Source: an uncultured Chloroflexia bacterium
GTDB taxonomy: Bacteria > Chloroflexota > Limnocylindria > Limnocylindrales > CSP1-4
NCBI GenBank assembly: GCA_963755115.1
Contig: CAVWIK010000003.1
Span: 740,032-804,031, forward strand
Length of the DNA stretch: 64,000 nt
Direction of reading: 5' to 3'
Made by a program: the position numbers and the translations under genes. Positions within the stretch are counted from its first letter, which is position 1. Each line of letters opens with the position of its first letter. Under the pieces are notes generated by a model. It saw only the letters and a program-made list of their open reading frames with translations, did not search any database and was not told the DNA's origin. This document shows, piece after piece, positions 17,689-27,767 of the stretch.

Positions 17689-18897
17689 TTACTGGACCGT
17701 CAGCGTGCCGGTCATGTTGGGATGCACGTCGCACTTGAACGGATAGGTGCCGGCGGCGAGCGGACCGACCGTGTACGGCTTGACGGCCGGTCCGGTGAAG
17801 ATCTCGCCCTGGAAGACGGACGTCCCGTCGATCTGGTCCTTGAAGATCTGGATGTTGTGCGGCTGGCTGTCCTTGTTGTCGAACTGGATCGTGATGGGGC
17901 TGTTCGCCGGGGCGCTCAGCTCGGTCGTCGTGAACGCGACGTTCTCGGCGGTGACCGTGAGCTCCGTTCCGCCGGCGGCCGGTCCGCTGGGCTGCGGCGC
18001 CCCGCTGGGCTGCGGCGCCCCGCTGGGCTGCGGCTCGCCCGAGGCGCCGGCGGAGGCTGACGGAGCCGGCGGCGGCGCTGAGGCGACCTTGTCGGCGAGC
18101 CACTTGTCGAAGTCGGCGCCGGTCATGGCATGGACCTCGAAGAGCATCAGCCGGTGACCGGCGCCGCACAGCTCGGCGCACTGGCCGCGGAACGTCTGGC
18201 CGGCCTGGTCCTCGTCGACGTTGAAGTCGAACTTGTTGACCCGACCCGGCACGACATCGCGCTTGAAGAGGAATTGCGGCACGTAGAAGGCGTGGATGAC
18301 ATCCGGGCTCGTGAGGTACAGCTGGATGGTCCGGCCGGTCGGGACGTGGAGGCCGCCGTCCGGGCCGGTCGGCAGGAACTCCGTGTAGAGCGGCGCGGCC
18401 GGCGGCTGGACCAGCGGGTCGTAGTCGGGCGGCATGTAGTCGAATTCCCACTGGAACTGGCCGGCCACCGCCCGGATCTTCGTGTCCACCTGCGACGTGA
18501 CCGTATCGACCGCGTTCAGCGTCTGCCAGCTGATCACGAACAGGAAGGCGACGATGAGCGTCGGGACGACCGTCCAGATGATCTCGGCCGTCGAGTTGCC
18601 GTGGGTCTGGGGCGGGAGCTCGGTGTCGGTCGGCTTCCGGCGGTAGGCGATGATCGTCCAGACCAGCAGCCCCTCGACCAGGAAGAAGATCGCCGCGGCG
18701 ATCAGGAACACGATGTTGTAGAGGTCGCGGATGTGGGCGCCCTGCTCGGTCACCGCGACCGGCGGGTAGAGGCTCTCGACGACGCGCGCCCCGATGCCGG
18801 TCACGTAGAGGACGCCGACCACGACAGCCGCCGCGACGAGCGTCGCCACCCAGATCAGCCCGTGACGGGGGCGGCGCGCGCTAGGGGAGCTCGACAT
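17689..18897 (-). CDS. ctaC: Cytochrome c oxidase subunit II with a C-terminal type-1 cupredoxin fusion
   Basis: CuA site CAELCGAGHRLM. Linker GAPQPS x3. Tail ..PHNIQIF..YPFKCDVHPNMTGTLTVQ*. Start taken at MSSSPSARRPRHGLIW (SD GAGG upstream). Confidence 0.9.
   Translation of the reverse strand: MSSSPSARRPRHGLIWVATLVAAAVVVGVLYVTGIGARVVESLYPPVAVTEQGAHIRDLYNIVFLIAAAIFFLVEGLLVWTIIAYRRKPTDTELPPQTHGNSTAEIIWTVVPTLIVAFLFVISWQTLNAVDTVTSQVDTKIRAVAGQFQWEFDYMPPDYDPLVQPPAAPLYTEFLPTGPDGGLHVPTGRTIQLYLTSPDVIHAFYVPQFLFKRDVVPGRVNKFDFNVDEDQAGQTFRGQCAELCGAGHRLMLFEVHAMTGADFDKWLADKVASAPPPAPSASAGASGEPQPSGAPQPSGAPQPSGPAAGGTELTVTAENVAFTTTELSAPANSPITIQFDNKDSQPHNIQIFKDQIDGTSVFQGEIFTGPAVKPYTVGPLAAGTYPFKCDVHPNMTGTLTVQ
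17984..18037 (-). repeat. 3 x 18-bp tandem repeat encoding the GAPQPS linker of CoxB
   Basis: CCGCTGGGCTGCGGCGCC occurs at 17984, at 18002, and in diverged form at 18020. Confidence 0.85.
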
Positions 18898-19092
18898 CCA
18901 GTGTCCTCGACGGGGGCCGACGGCGCCGGGAACCGGCGCCTCGCCGAATGTGGAGTTGGTCGCGTTCGGGCCCACCGAGGGCCGCGGCCATGATACCCGC
19001 CACGTCGTCCGGTCGTTCGGCGCCGGGCAGGTCCGTTCGATGCCCGGCGCCGGTCCCGGCCGGCGCCCCCGGCGACGATCGGCCAGGGTGGC

Positions 19093-19108
19093 CTGACCGC
19101 TCGGTCAG
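19093..19108. promoter_or_regulatory. 16-bp palindrome CTGACCG-CT-CGGTCAG in the ctaC/ctaG divergent region
   Basis: Perfect 7-bp arms about 32 nt upstream of the ctaG ATG. Could be an operator or a 5' UTR hairpin. Confidence 0.3.
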
Positions 19109-19139
19109 CGGACCGCACCGGCCGCCCGTTCATGCGACG

Positions 19140-20178
19140 ATGCCGCCGATGCGCTCTCGAACGGTCCTCTCGCGGATCGTCGTGACCGGCGGGACGGTCG
19201 CCGGCTGGCTGGTCGCGGCCGGGCCGGCGGTCGGACACGGGCTGGCTCCGACCGAGCCGCCGACGCCTGCCTCGCTCCTCTTCGGCTGGAGCTTCGAGCC
19301 GCTCCCGACCCTCGGCATCGTCGTCTCGCTGCTCTGGTGGCGCTGGGCAGTCCGGCGCGTGAACGCCGCGCATCCGAACAACCCCGTCCCGGTCCGCCGG
19401 ACGGTCGCGTTCGTCGGCGCGATGGTGGCCCTCGCCGTCGCGCTGATGTCGGGGATCGAGCACTACGACACGACGCTGTTCTCGCTCCACATGGTCCAGC
19501 ACATCCTGCTGATGCTCGTCGCGGCACCGCTCCTCGCGCTCTCCGGGCCGGTGACCCTGATCCTGCGGGTGTCGTCGTCCGAGACGCGCCATCGCTGGAT
19601 CCTGCCGATCCTCCATTCACGGGTGCTGCGGGTGCTCTCGCATCCGATCGTGGCGTCGATCGTCTTCGCGGTCGTGTTGTGGAGCGCGCATTTCTCCGCC
19701 CTCTTCGACGCGGCGCTCGAGAACCCGAACATCCACGACGCGGAGCACCTCCTCTTCCTGGGGAGTGCCATGTTGTTCTGGTGGCCGGCCGTCGCCGTCG
19801 ATCCGCTCCCGTACCGGATGTCGCACCCGGCGCGGATCCTCTATCTCTTCATGCAGATGACGATGAACACGTTCATGGCGATGGTCATCCTGGCCGCCGG
19901 CGGCGTCCTCTACCCGCACTACGAGACGGTCATCCGGGCCTGGGGGCCGACCCCGCTCGACGACCAGAAGCTGGCGGCCGGGTTCATGTGGATCGCCGGA
20001 GACCTCATCTTCATCGGGGCGATGCTGGCGGTCATGGCCGGCTGGATCCGGTCCGACGAGCGCGAGTCGTCGCGGACCGACCGCGTCGCCGCGATCGGAG
20101 ATGGCCGCCATCCGGGTGCGCGAGCGGCGCCTCGCCGAGCGCCTCGCCGAGGAGCACGGGGACTCGCGGCCCACCTGA
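19140..20178 (+). CDS. ctaG: Cytochrome c oxidase assembly factor CtaG (caa3-CtaG family membrane protein); frame broken near nt 20095
   Basis: ..LFSLHMVQHILLMLVAAPLLAL..FWWPAV... The end is recovered in another frame as EMAAIRVRERRLAERLAEEHGDSRPT* (TGA at 20176..20178). Confidence 0.75.
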
Positions 20179-20225
20179 TCGCGTGCCCCGGCGGTCGGGA
20201 GCCCGGCAGCACCTGGCGGGCCGGC

Positions 20226-21239
20226 CTACCCCTCGGCGGGGATCGGGGCCGCCAGGTACTCGCGGTACCGCTCGGGGTCGACGTTCCCGCCGCTCACGAC
20301 CGCGACGACGGACCCATCGAGCCCGTCGAGACCGGCTTCGGTCCGGCGGAACGCGAGGGCCGCGACGGACAGGGCGCCGGACGGCTCGGCCACGAGCCGG
20401 CTCTGTTCGGCGGCCAGCCGGACGCCTGCCGCGATCTCCGCCTCGCTCACCGTGACGATCGCGTCGAGGTAGGCCCGCAGGTGCGCGAAGGTCCGCTGCC
20501 CGATCGCCTGCGTGCGCGTCCCGTCGGCGATGGTCCGCGACACGATCTCGGCGTCCCAGCGCACGATCTCGCCCTTCGCGAGCAAATCGCGCGCGTCGGC
20601 CCCGAGCTCCGGCTCGACCCCGACGACGCGGACGTTCGGCCGGAGCGCTTTCACGGCGGTCGCGATGCCACTGGCCAGCCCCCCACCGCCGATCGGCACG
20701 AGCACGGCCGCGAGGTCCGGCAGGTCCTCGACGAGCTCGAGGCCGATCGTCCCCTGACCGGCGATGACCCGGTCGTCGTCGAAGGGCGGGACGACGGTCA
20801 GTCCGCGCTCGGCGGCGGTCGCGCGCGCCACCCGTTCCCGCTCCTCGCTGGCGGTCCCGACGACGATGACCTCGGCGCCGTCGGCGAGCACCCGCTCGCG
20901 CTTGATCGCCGGAGCGTCCGACGGCATGACGATGACGGCCGGGATGCCGAGCAGTCGGGCGGCTCGCGCCACGCCCTGGGCGTGGTTGCCCGACGAGTAG
21001 GTGATGACGCCGCGCGCACGGTCCGCGGGATCGAGCCCGGCGATCGTGGCGTAGGCGCCACGGAGCTTGAACGCGCCGATCGGCTGGAGCGACTCGGCCT
21101 TGAGGAAGTGCCGGTCCTCGGGTGGCCCGAACGGGACGAGCGGCGTCCGGACGACGATGCCGCGCAGGACCTCGGCCGCGGCACGGATCGCATCGATCGT
21201 GACGAGCGGCGCCACCTCGGCCGGGGCATCGGACGCCAT
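20226..21239 (-). CDS. PLP-dependent threonine/serine ammonia-lyase (short, catabolic-type threonine dehydratase)
   Basis: PLP-lysine motif SLQPIGAFKLRGAY, ..SSGNHAQG.., glycine loop GGGGL. Confidence 0.85.
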   Translation of the reverse strand: MASDAPAEVAPLVTIDAIRAAAEVLRGIVVRTPLVPFGPPEDRHFLKAESLQPIGAFKLRGAYATIAGLDPADRARGVITYSSGNHAQGVARAARLLGIPAVIVMPSDAPAIKRERVLADGAEVIVVGTASEERERVARATAAERGLTVVPPFDDDRVIAGQGTIGLELVEDLPDLAAVLVPIGGGGLASGIATAVKALRPNVRVVGVEPELGADARDLLAKGEIVRWDAEIVSRTIADGTRTQAIGQRTFAHLRAYLDAIVTVSEAEIAAGVRLAAEQSRLVAEPSGALSVAALAFRRTEAGLDGLDGSVVAVVSGGNVDPERYREYLAAPIPAEG

Positions 21240-21584
21240 TCAGCGCGCCCCCCGGTCGACGTCGCGCTGACAGTCGATGCAGTAGGCGGCCCAGGGGAGC
21301 GCCTCGAGGCGAGCCGGGGCGATCGGCTTCGAACAGCGGATACAGACGCCGAACGTCCCGGCGTCGAGGCGGGCGAGAGCGGCGTCCACCAGGGCGAGCT
21401 GGGTCTCGGCCCGGTCGCGCAGCGCGAGGTCGCGCTGCTGCTCGAAGACCTGGGTTGCGGCGGCCGCCTGCGACCCGTAGGTCATCTGGCCGGGCGCGAT
21501 GATGGCCTCGCCCAGCTCCTCGAGCAGTCGGGCGCGTTCCGCCAGCAACGCGGCGCGGGCGACGTCCGGGTCGATCGGCTCCAT
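21240..21584 (-). CDS. TraR/DksA family C4 zinc-finger protein
   Basis: C-terminal CIRCSKPI..(17)..CIDCQ preceded by a coiled-coil region. Confidence 0.8.
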   Translation of the reverse strand: MEPIDPDVARAALLAERARLLEELGEAIIAPGQMTYGSQAAAATQVFEQQRDLALRDRAETQLALVDAALARLDAGTFGVCIRCSKPIAPARLEALPWAAYCIDCQRDVDRGAR

Positions 21585-21626
21585 CGGGCGATGCTACGTC
21601 GCGCGGGGTCGCGACGCGAACCCGCC

Positions 21627-21644
21627 TATACTCCCCTGGAGTAC
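21627..21644 (+). promoter_or_regulatory. -10-like TATACT overlapping the inverted repeat TACTCC-N3-GGAGTA (copA-type operator copy)
   Basis: TATACTCCCCTGGAGTAC lies 30 nt upstream of the YHS ATG. It shares ATACTCCC and GGAGTA with the copA palindrome. Confidence 0.5.
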
Positions 21645-21673
21645 CGAGTCACTGGCAAATCATCGGAGACACC

Positions 21674-21847
21674 ATGGCCATCGAGATCGATCCCGTCTGC
21701 GGGATGGAGGTCGACACGGCGACCTCGGAGCTGTCGTTCGACTACAAGGGCGCGACCTACTGGTTCTGCGGCCGTGGTTGCCTGCTCGAGTTCAAGGACG
21801 ACCCGGCCGCGTACCTCCCCGCGGACGATCCGGCGCCCACCGCCTAG
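21674..21847 (+). CDS. YHS-domain (TRASH-like) metal-binding protein, 57 aa; not in the ORF track
   Basis: MAIEIDPVCGMEVDTATSELSFDYKGATYWFCGRGCLLEFKDDPAAYLPADDPAPTA*. SD GGAG 6 nt upstream. Confidence 0.75.
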   Translation: MAIEIDPVCGMEVDTATSELSFDYKGATYWFCGRGCLLEFKDDPAAYLPADDPAPTA

Positions 21848-21909
21848 CCTCAACGCAGACGCCTGCTCAGGCGTCATGCAGGCGTCCGCGAACGGCATAC
21901 ACTCGTCGC

Positions 21910-22381
21910 ATGCCGGTCTACGCGCTGTGGTTCGGGGTGGCGCTCGCGATGCTCGTCCTCGAGCTCGTCAGCACGACGTTCTTCGCGATCTTCCTGGCGA
22001 TCGGGGCGTTCGCCGCCGGCGTGCTCGCCTTCGCATTCCCCGACACGGCGCTCTGGATCCAGGCGGTCGTCGCCATCGCGGTGGCGATGGCCGGCGTCGT
22101 CGTCGGCCGGCCGTTGCTCGCACGACGACTGCGCCGACATGGCGAAGGCCCGCTCACGCCCGGCGTCCACGGCGGGTTCGTCGGGCAACGCGTCCTCGCC
22201 CTCGATCGCGCTCGGCGACGAGCTCCATCCGGGGCACGTCCGCCTCGCGGGTGAGGTCTGGCTCGCCTTCTCCGACACGAACGAGCCGATCGCGGCGGGC
22301 GCACCCGTCATCGTGACCGCCGTCCACGGGACGACGCTCGCCGTCCGACCCGCGTCCGGGTCGCCGGTCCCGGAGGGTTAG
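21910..22381 (+). CDS. NfeD-family membrane protein; frame broken near nt 22200
   Basis: N-terminal TM helices (ORF 21499..22254 frame), then the OB-fold tail ..LGDELHPGHVRLAGEVWLAFSDTNEPIAAGAPVIVTAVHGTTLAV.. (ORF 22139..22381 frame). The stop abuts the SPFH start. Confidence 0.75.
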
Positions 22382-23332
22382 ATGGATACCGGTCTGATCG
22401 CGCTGGTCGTCGCATTCATCATCGCGATCCTGTTCATCCTCTTCGCGTTCTACCTGCTGCGGAACACCGTCAACCTGGTCCAGCAGGGGTTCGTCGGGGT
22501 CGTGACCCGGCTCGGCGAGTTCCGGGCGATCCATGAGCCCGGCCTGGTGATCATCGCGCCCTTCATCGATGCCCTGGTGACCGTCGACATGCGCGAGACG
22601 CCGCTGCCCGGCGATCGGCAGGAGGTCATCACCAAGGACAACGTCGTGGTCGCCGTCAACGCGACGATCTTCACCCAGGTCGTCGACGCGAAGCAGGCCC
22701 TGTTCAGCATCGCCCGCTTCGACGTCGCCATCGATGCGCTCGCCCGGACGGCGCTCCGCTCGGTCATCGGGACGCTCTCGCTCGACGAGGCGCTCTCGGA
22801 GCGCGAGCGGATCAACGTCGACGTCCAGGAGCAGATGGAAGCCGTCACGGACAAATGGGGGATCCGCATCAACCGGATCGAGATCGTCGAGATCACCCCG
22901 CCGCCGCAGATCCTCCAGGCGCTGGCCCTCCAGAAGCAGGCCGACCAGGAGAAGCGCGCGAAGATCCTCCAGTCCGAGGGCATCCAGCAGTCCGCGGTCA
23001 ACGTTGCCGACGGCGACCGCCAGGCCGCGATCAAGAACGCCGAGGGCGAGCGGCAGGCGGCGATCCTGCGGGCCGAGGGCGAGCGGCAGGCGCTGATCCT
23101 CGAGGCCGAAGGCCGGGCCCAGGCCATCTCGACGGTCTACAGCGCCATCACCGCGGCGAACCCGAACCCGACCCTGGTCGCGATCCTCCAGCTCGACACG
23201 CTCTCGAAGTTCGCGCTCAGCCCGAACACGAAGATCGTGATCCCCGCTGAGTCGGCTGCCCTGCTCGGCGCGGTCCAGGCGATCCAGTCGGTCCTCAGCC
23301 AGGTCCCGCCTGCGGAGGCGACGGGCGGCTGA
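22382..23332 (+). CDS. SPFH/band-7 (stomatin/slipin-like) membrane protein
   Basis: N-terminal TM helix, SPFH core, and a C-terminal coiled coil with AEGERQAAILRAEGERQA repeats. Confidence 0.9.
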   Translation: MDTGLIALVVAFIIAILFILFAFYLLRNTVNLVQQGFVGVVTRLGEFRAIHEPGLVIIAPFIDALVTVDMRETPLPGDRQEVITKDNVVVAVNATIFTQVVDAKQALFSIARFDVAIDALARTALRSVIGTLSLDEALSERERINVDVQEQMEAVTDKWGIRINRIEIVEITPPPQILQALALQKQADQEKRAKILQSEGIQQSAVNVADGDRQAAIKNAEGERQAAILRAEGERQALILEAEGRAQAISTVYSAITAANPNPTLVAILQLDTLSKFALSPNTKIVIPAESAALLGAVQAIQSVLSQVPPAEATGG

Positions 23333-23341
23333 CGGTCGCCT

Positions 23342-23357
23342 CGGGGTCGCAGCCCCG
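23342..23357 (+). terminator. Weak hairpin CGGGG-TCGCAG-CCCCG after the SPFH stop
   Basis: 5-bp GC stem with no U tract. Confidence 0.25.
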
Positions 23358-23583
23358 ATAAGCCGCAGCTAAGCGTTCATCGCGAGACTGACGGCCGGCG
23401 TCGCAATCGGACCGGGCACTCCTCGATGGGGTCGGGCGCCGCACCTCGGGCCCGAGCGGGCTCGATGGGAGGTGTGCCATGCGCCGTCGGATCGAGATCC
23501 TTGTCGCCGCCGTCGTGCCGGTCCTCGTCGTGCTGATCAGCGGCACGCGCTGGGAGCTTTGACGGCGGCGGTTGCTCGCGGCC

Positions 23584-24378
23584 CTACGTGCGGCCGCTCG
23601 CCGCGCCCGAGCTGATCCGCGTCGCGAGGTAGACCGGGATGACCGACAGCATGATCGCGACCACGCCGGCGACGTTGACGAGCGGGACCTGGTTGGCGAG
23701 CCGGAAGCTCTGGAAGATCCAGATCGGGAGCGTCTTGATGCCGCCGGCCGTGAAGATCGTCACGATGACCTCGTCGAACGAGAGCGCGAAGGCGAGCAAG
23801 GCGCCCGCGAGCAGCGCCGACCGCAGCGCCGGGAACGTCACGTACCGGAACGTCTGGAACGTGTGGGCGCCGAGGTCGGCCGAGGCCTCCTCGAAGGAGC
23901 GCGAGGTCCGCCGCAGGCGCGCGATCGCGTTGTTGTAGATGAGCACGACGCAGAACGTGGCGTGCCCGATGATCACCGTCAGGATGCCCAGCGGGACGCT
24001 GAGCGAGGCGAACGTCGTCGAGAGGGCCATGCCGGTGACGATGCCCGGCAGCGCGATCGGGAGGAGGATCACGAACGAGATGCTCTCCCGCCCGAAGAAC
24101 GAATAGCGGCTGACGCCGAGCGACACGAGCGTGCCCAGGATGAGCGCGATGAACGTCGCCCCGAGCGCGCATGCGATCGACGTGAGGAACGCCTGGCGGA
24201 GCCCGGAGTTGGCGAGCGCCTCACCGAACCAGGTCAGCGTGAACCCGGCCGGCGGCCAGGCGGAGGTGCCGCTCGCGTTGAAGGCATAGATCACGACGAT
24301 GAGCAGTGGCGCGTAGATGAACGCGAGGACGAGCCCCGTCGCGATCCGCAGGCCGATCCGGCCGAGTCCGCCGCCCAT
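23584..24378 (-). CDS. ABC polyamine-type importer permease (PotC-like)
   Basis: Start MGGGLGRIGLRI.. overlaps the upstream stop (TGATG). EAA-like loop ..EEASADLGAHTFQTFRYVTFP. Confidence 0.85.
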   Translation of the reverse strand: MGGGLGRIGLRIATGLVLAFIYAPLLIVVIYAFNASGTSAWPPAGFTLTWFGEALANSGLRQAFLTSIACALGATFIALILGTLVSLGVSRYSFFGRESISFVILLPIALPGIVTGMALSTTFASLSVPLGILTVIIGHATFCVVLIYNNAIARLRRTSRSFEEASADLGAHTFQTFRYVTFPALRSALLAGALLAFALSFDEVIVTIFTAGGIKTLPIWIFQSFRLANQVPLVNVAGVVAIMLSVIPVYLATRISSGAASGRT

Positions 24379-25286
24379 CACAGCGCATCGAAGGCGCCGA
24401 AGCGCCGGACGACGAACAGGTAGAGCAGCATGATCCCGAGCGGCACGAGCGAGTATGCGGCCGCGAGCGGGAGGTTCTGGGCGACGTTCACGAAGATGAC
24501 GTTGCCGATGAACTGCGTCGTCGACACGAGCCCGGGGACGATGTAGTCGCCGAGCGTCAGCGAGAACGTGAAGATCGAGCCCGCCGCGACCGCCGGGACC
24601 GACAGCGGCCAGATGACCCGTCGGAACGTCACCCAGCCGCGGCCGCCCAGGTCGGCCGACGCCTCCAGCAGCGAGGACGGGATGCGTTCGAGGCCGGCGA
24701 AGATCGGCAGGATCATGTACGGCAGCCACAGGTAGACGAACACGAGCCAGACGGCCACGTCGCCATAGCCCGGGCCGGTCAGGCCGAGCGGCTTGAGCGC
24801 CCAGTCGAGGACGCCTTCGTCCGCGAGGATCAGCCGCCACGAGTACGCCTTGACGAGGTAGCTCGCCCAGAGCGGCATGACCACCGCGACCACCATGATC
24901 CCGCGGACACGCGGCGACGCCACCCGGGCCATGTAGTACGCGATCGGGTAGGCGAACACCGTGCAGGTGGCGGTCACCAGCAGCGCCATGCCGACCGTCC
25001 GGATCGTGACGACCCGGTACACGTCGGTGCCGAGCAGCTCCGCGAAGTTGTCGAGCGTGAAGTCGCGCACGACGAGCGACGTGAACGGGTCGCGCGACCA
25101 GAACGCGTTGAGGAACAGGACGAACAGCGACCCGAGGTAGGCGATGACCAGCCACGCCACGGGCAGGGCCAGGATCAGGCCCAGCCGGGCACGCGGATGC
25201 CGGTGCAGCCACGTGGCCATACGGCGTCCGAGTGACGGACGCGGCGCGGGGACCGGCGTTGGCGCGGGACTGGCGGCGGCGGTCAT
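24378..25286 (-). CDS. ABC polyamine-type importer permease (PotB-like)
   Basis: ..LEASADLGGRGWVTFRRVIWP.. plus six predicted TM segments. Confidence 0.85.
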   Translation of the reverse strand: MTAAASPAPTPVPAPRPSLGRRMATWLHRHPRARLGLILALPVAWLVIAYLGSLFVLFLNAFWSRDPFTSLVVRDFTLDNFAELLGTDVYRVVTIRTVGMALLVTATCTVFAYPIAYYMARVASPRVRGIMVVAVVMPLWASYLVKAYSWRLILADEGVLDWALKPLGLTGPGYGDVAVWLVFVYLWLPYMILPIFAGLERIPSSLLEASADLGGRGWVTFRRVIWPLSVPAVAAGSIFTFSLTLGDYIVPGLVSTTQFIGNVIFVNVAQNLPLAAAYSLVPLGIMLLYLFVVRRFGAFDAL

Positions 25287-25360
25287 CGCTCTCGTCGAGG
25301 GGAAGGCCCGGGGTCCGCGGCGCGGATCCCGGGCCTCAGCTCACGATCGATCGGGCCTGG

Positions 25361-26536
25361 TCAGCCCTTGATCTCGGTCCAGGCCTTGATCCACTCGTCG
25401 AAGCCCTTGCACTTGACGTCCGTGCGGCCGTCGACGCAGTCCTCGGTCGGGGTCTGCCAGTACCAGACGTCCTTCCAGAACGCGTCGTCGTCGGCGTGGA
25501 AGATCGTGCAGTGGTTCGGATCGGTGGTCAGGGCGCAGGACTTCGAGTTGCCCGGCGCCTCGCCGAACCACTCGGCGATCTTGGCGTTGATCTCGGGCGA
25601 GGTCAGGTAGTCGATGTACGCGTACGCGCACGCGAGGTTCTTGGTCTTCGAGTTGATCATCCAGGTGTCGGACCAGCCGGTGGCCCCTTCGGGCGGCTTG
25701 ATGACCTCGACGGGGACGGCCGGGCTCTCGCCCTGCAGCAGGTTGGTGATGATCTGCCAGGTCGTCCCGACGTTGGAGTTGCCGGCCCGGAAGTCGTCCA
25801 TCTGCTTGAGGTAGTCGACCCAGTACTGGGTGATCGCCGGCTTCTGCTGCTTGAGCAGGTTCACCGCCGCCTGGAACTGCGCGTCGTCGAGGGCATACGG
25901 GTTCTTGATGCCGAGGGTCGGGTCGGTCGTCATCAGGACGACCGCCGCGTCGGCGATGTAGATGGGCGCGTCGTAGACGCTCGTCTTGTAGCCGTTCGCC
26001 GGGTCGAACATCTGGGCCCAGGTGGTCGGGGCCGGCGTGACCTGGTCGGTCCGCCACATCAGCAGGTTCGAGCCGCGACCGTGGGGGACGCCATAGGCGA
26101 CGCCGTCGACCGTGTTGTACGGCTTGTTCTTGAGCGCCTCGAAGATGTCCGGATAGTTCTTGAACAGCGACAGGTTGACCGGCTGGACGAACCCGCCGCG
26201 CACGAGTCGAAGGCTCGCGTCGCCGGACGCCGAGACGACGTCGAACTGCTCGGGGTTGGTCGAGAACAGGGTGTACGCCTCGTCCGAGGTCCCGAAGATC
26301 TGCGGGTTGACCTTGCAGCCCGTCTGGGTCTGGAAGTCGGTCACCCAGTCGACCGCCGGATCGGTCGAGCCGTTCTCGACGTAGCCCGGCCACGCCAGGA
26401 CGTTGATGCTCTGGCCTTGAGTGCTGCCGAGCTCCGTCGGCAGGCTGGGCGCCGCCGAACCCCCGCCGCCGCTGCTGCAGGCACCGACGATGATCGCCGC
26501 CACCGCGACGAGCACCGCGATTCCACGGATGCGCAT
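25361..26536 (-). CDS. Extracellular solute-binding lipoprotein (PotD/PotF-like)
   Basis: Lipobox AIIVGAC. Conserved ..VLAWPGYVE.. and Trp/Tyr-rich binding-protein core. Confidence 0.8.
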   Translation of the reverse strand: MRIRGIAVLVAVAAIIVGACSSGGGGSAAPSLPTELGSTQGQSINVLAWPGYVENGSTDPAVDWVTDFQTQTGCKVNPQIFGTSDEAYTLFSTNPEQFDVVSASGDASLRLVRGGFVQPVNLSLFKNYPDIFEALKNKPYNTVDGVAYGVPHGRGSNLLMWRTDQVTPAPTTWAQMFDPANGYKTSVYDAPIYIADAAVVLMTTDPTLGIKNPYALDDAQFQAAVNLLKQQKPAITQYWVDYLKQMDDFRAGNSNVGTTWQIITNLLQGESPAVPVEVIKPPEGATGWSDTWMINSKTKNLACAYAYIDYLTSPEINAKIAEWFGEAPGNSKSCALTTDPNHCTIFHADDDAFWKDVWYWQTPTEDCVDGRTDVKCKGFDEWIKAWTEIKG

Positions 26537-26554
26537 GTTCCGTCCTCCTCCAAA

Positions 26555-27637
<1,083 letters not shown>

Positions 27638-27755
27638 GCGGTACCTCGGGGCGCGTGGTTCGGCCGATCTCGCGGAGGGACGGGTCACGGCAGAGTGCGG
27701 TCGGGCGCCGCCGCATGTCAAGACGGTTCGGCCGTCGTTCCGGCGACCGCGCCCG

Positions 27756-27761
27756 TAGACT
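27756..27761 (+). promoter_or_regulatory. -10 hexamer TAGACT placed 6 nt before a GTG start (leaderless transcript predicted)
   Basis: TAGACT-cccgcg-GTG at 27756..27770. Confidence 0.4.
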
Positions 27762-27767
27762 CCCGCG

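Noticed and set aside
18948-22316. 1122-aa ORF, the longest + strand ORF in the track.
   Set aside because: Only the first 380 or so codons (CtaG) look like protein. The rest is Arg/Gly/Pro-rich read-through. It lies antisense to the well-conserved threonine dehydratase and TraR/DksA genes and out of frame with the YHS and NfeD genes. It is a shadow ORF created by the ctaG frame break in high-GC DNA.
23479-23562. 27-codon ORF MRRRIEILVAAVVPVLVVLISGTRWEL with a GGGAGG SD, in the 250-bp gap after the SPFH gene.
   Set aside because: It is plausible as a small TM peptide. However it is too short to evaluate, has no family signal and its conservation is untested, so I did not list it as a feature.
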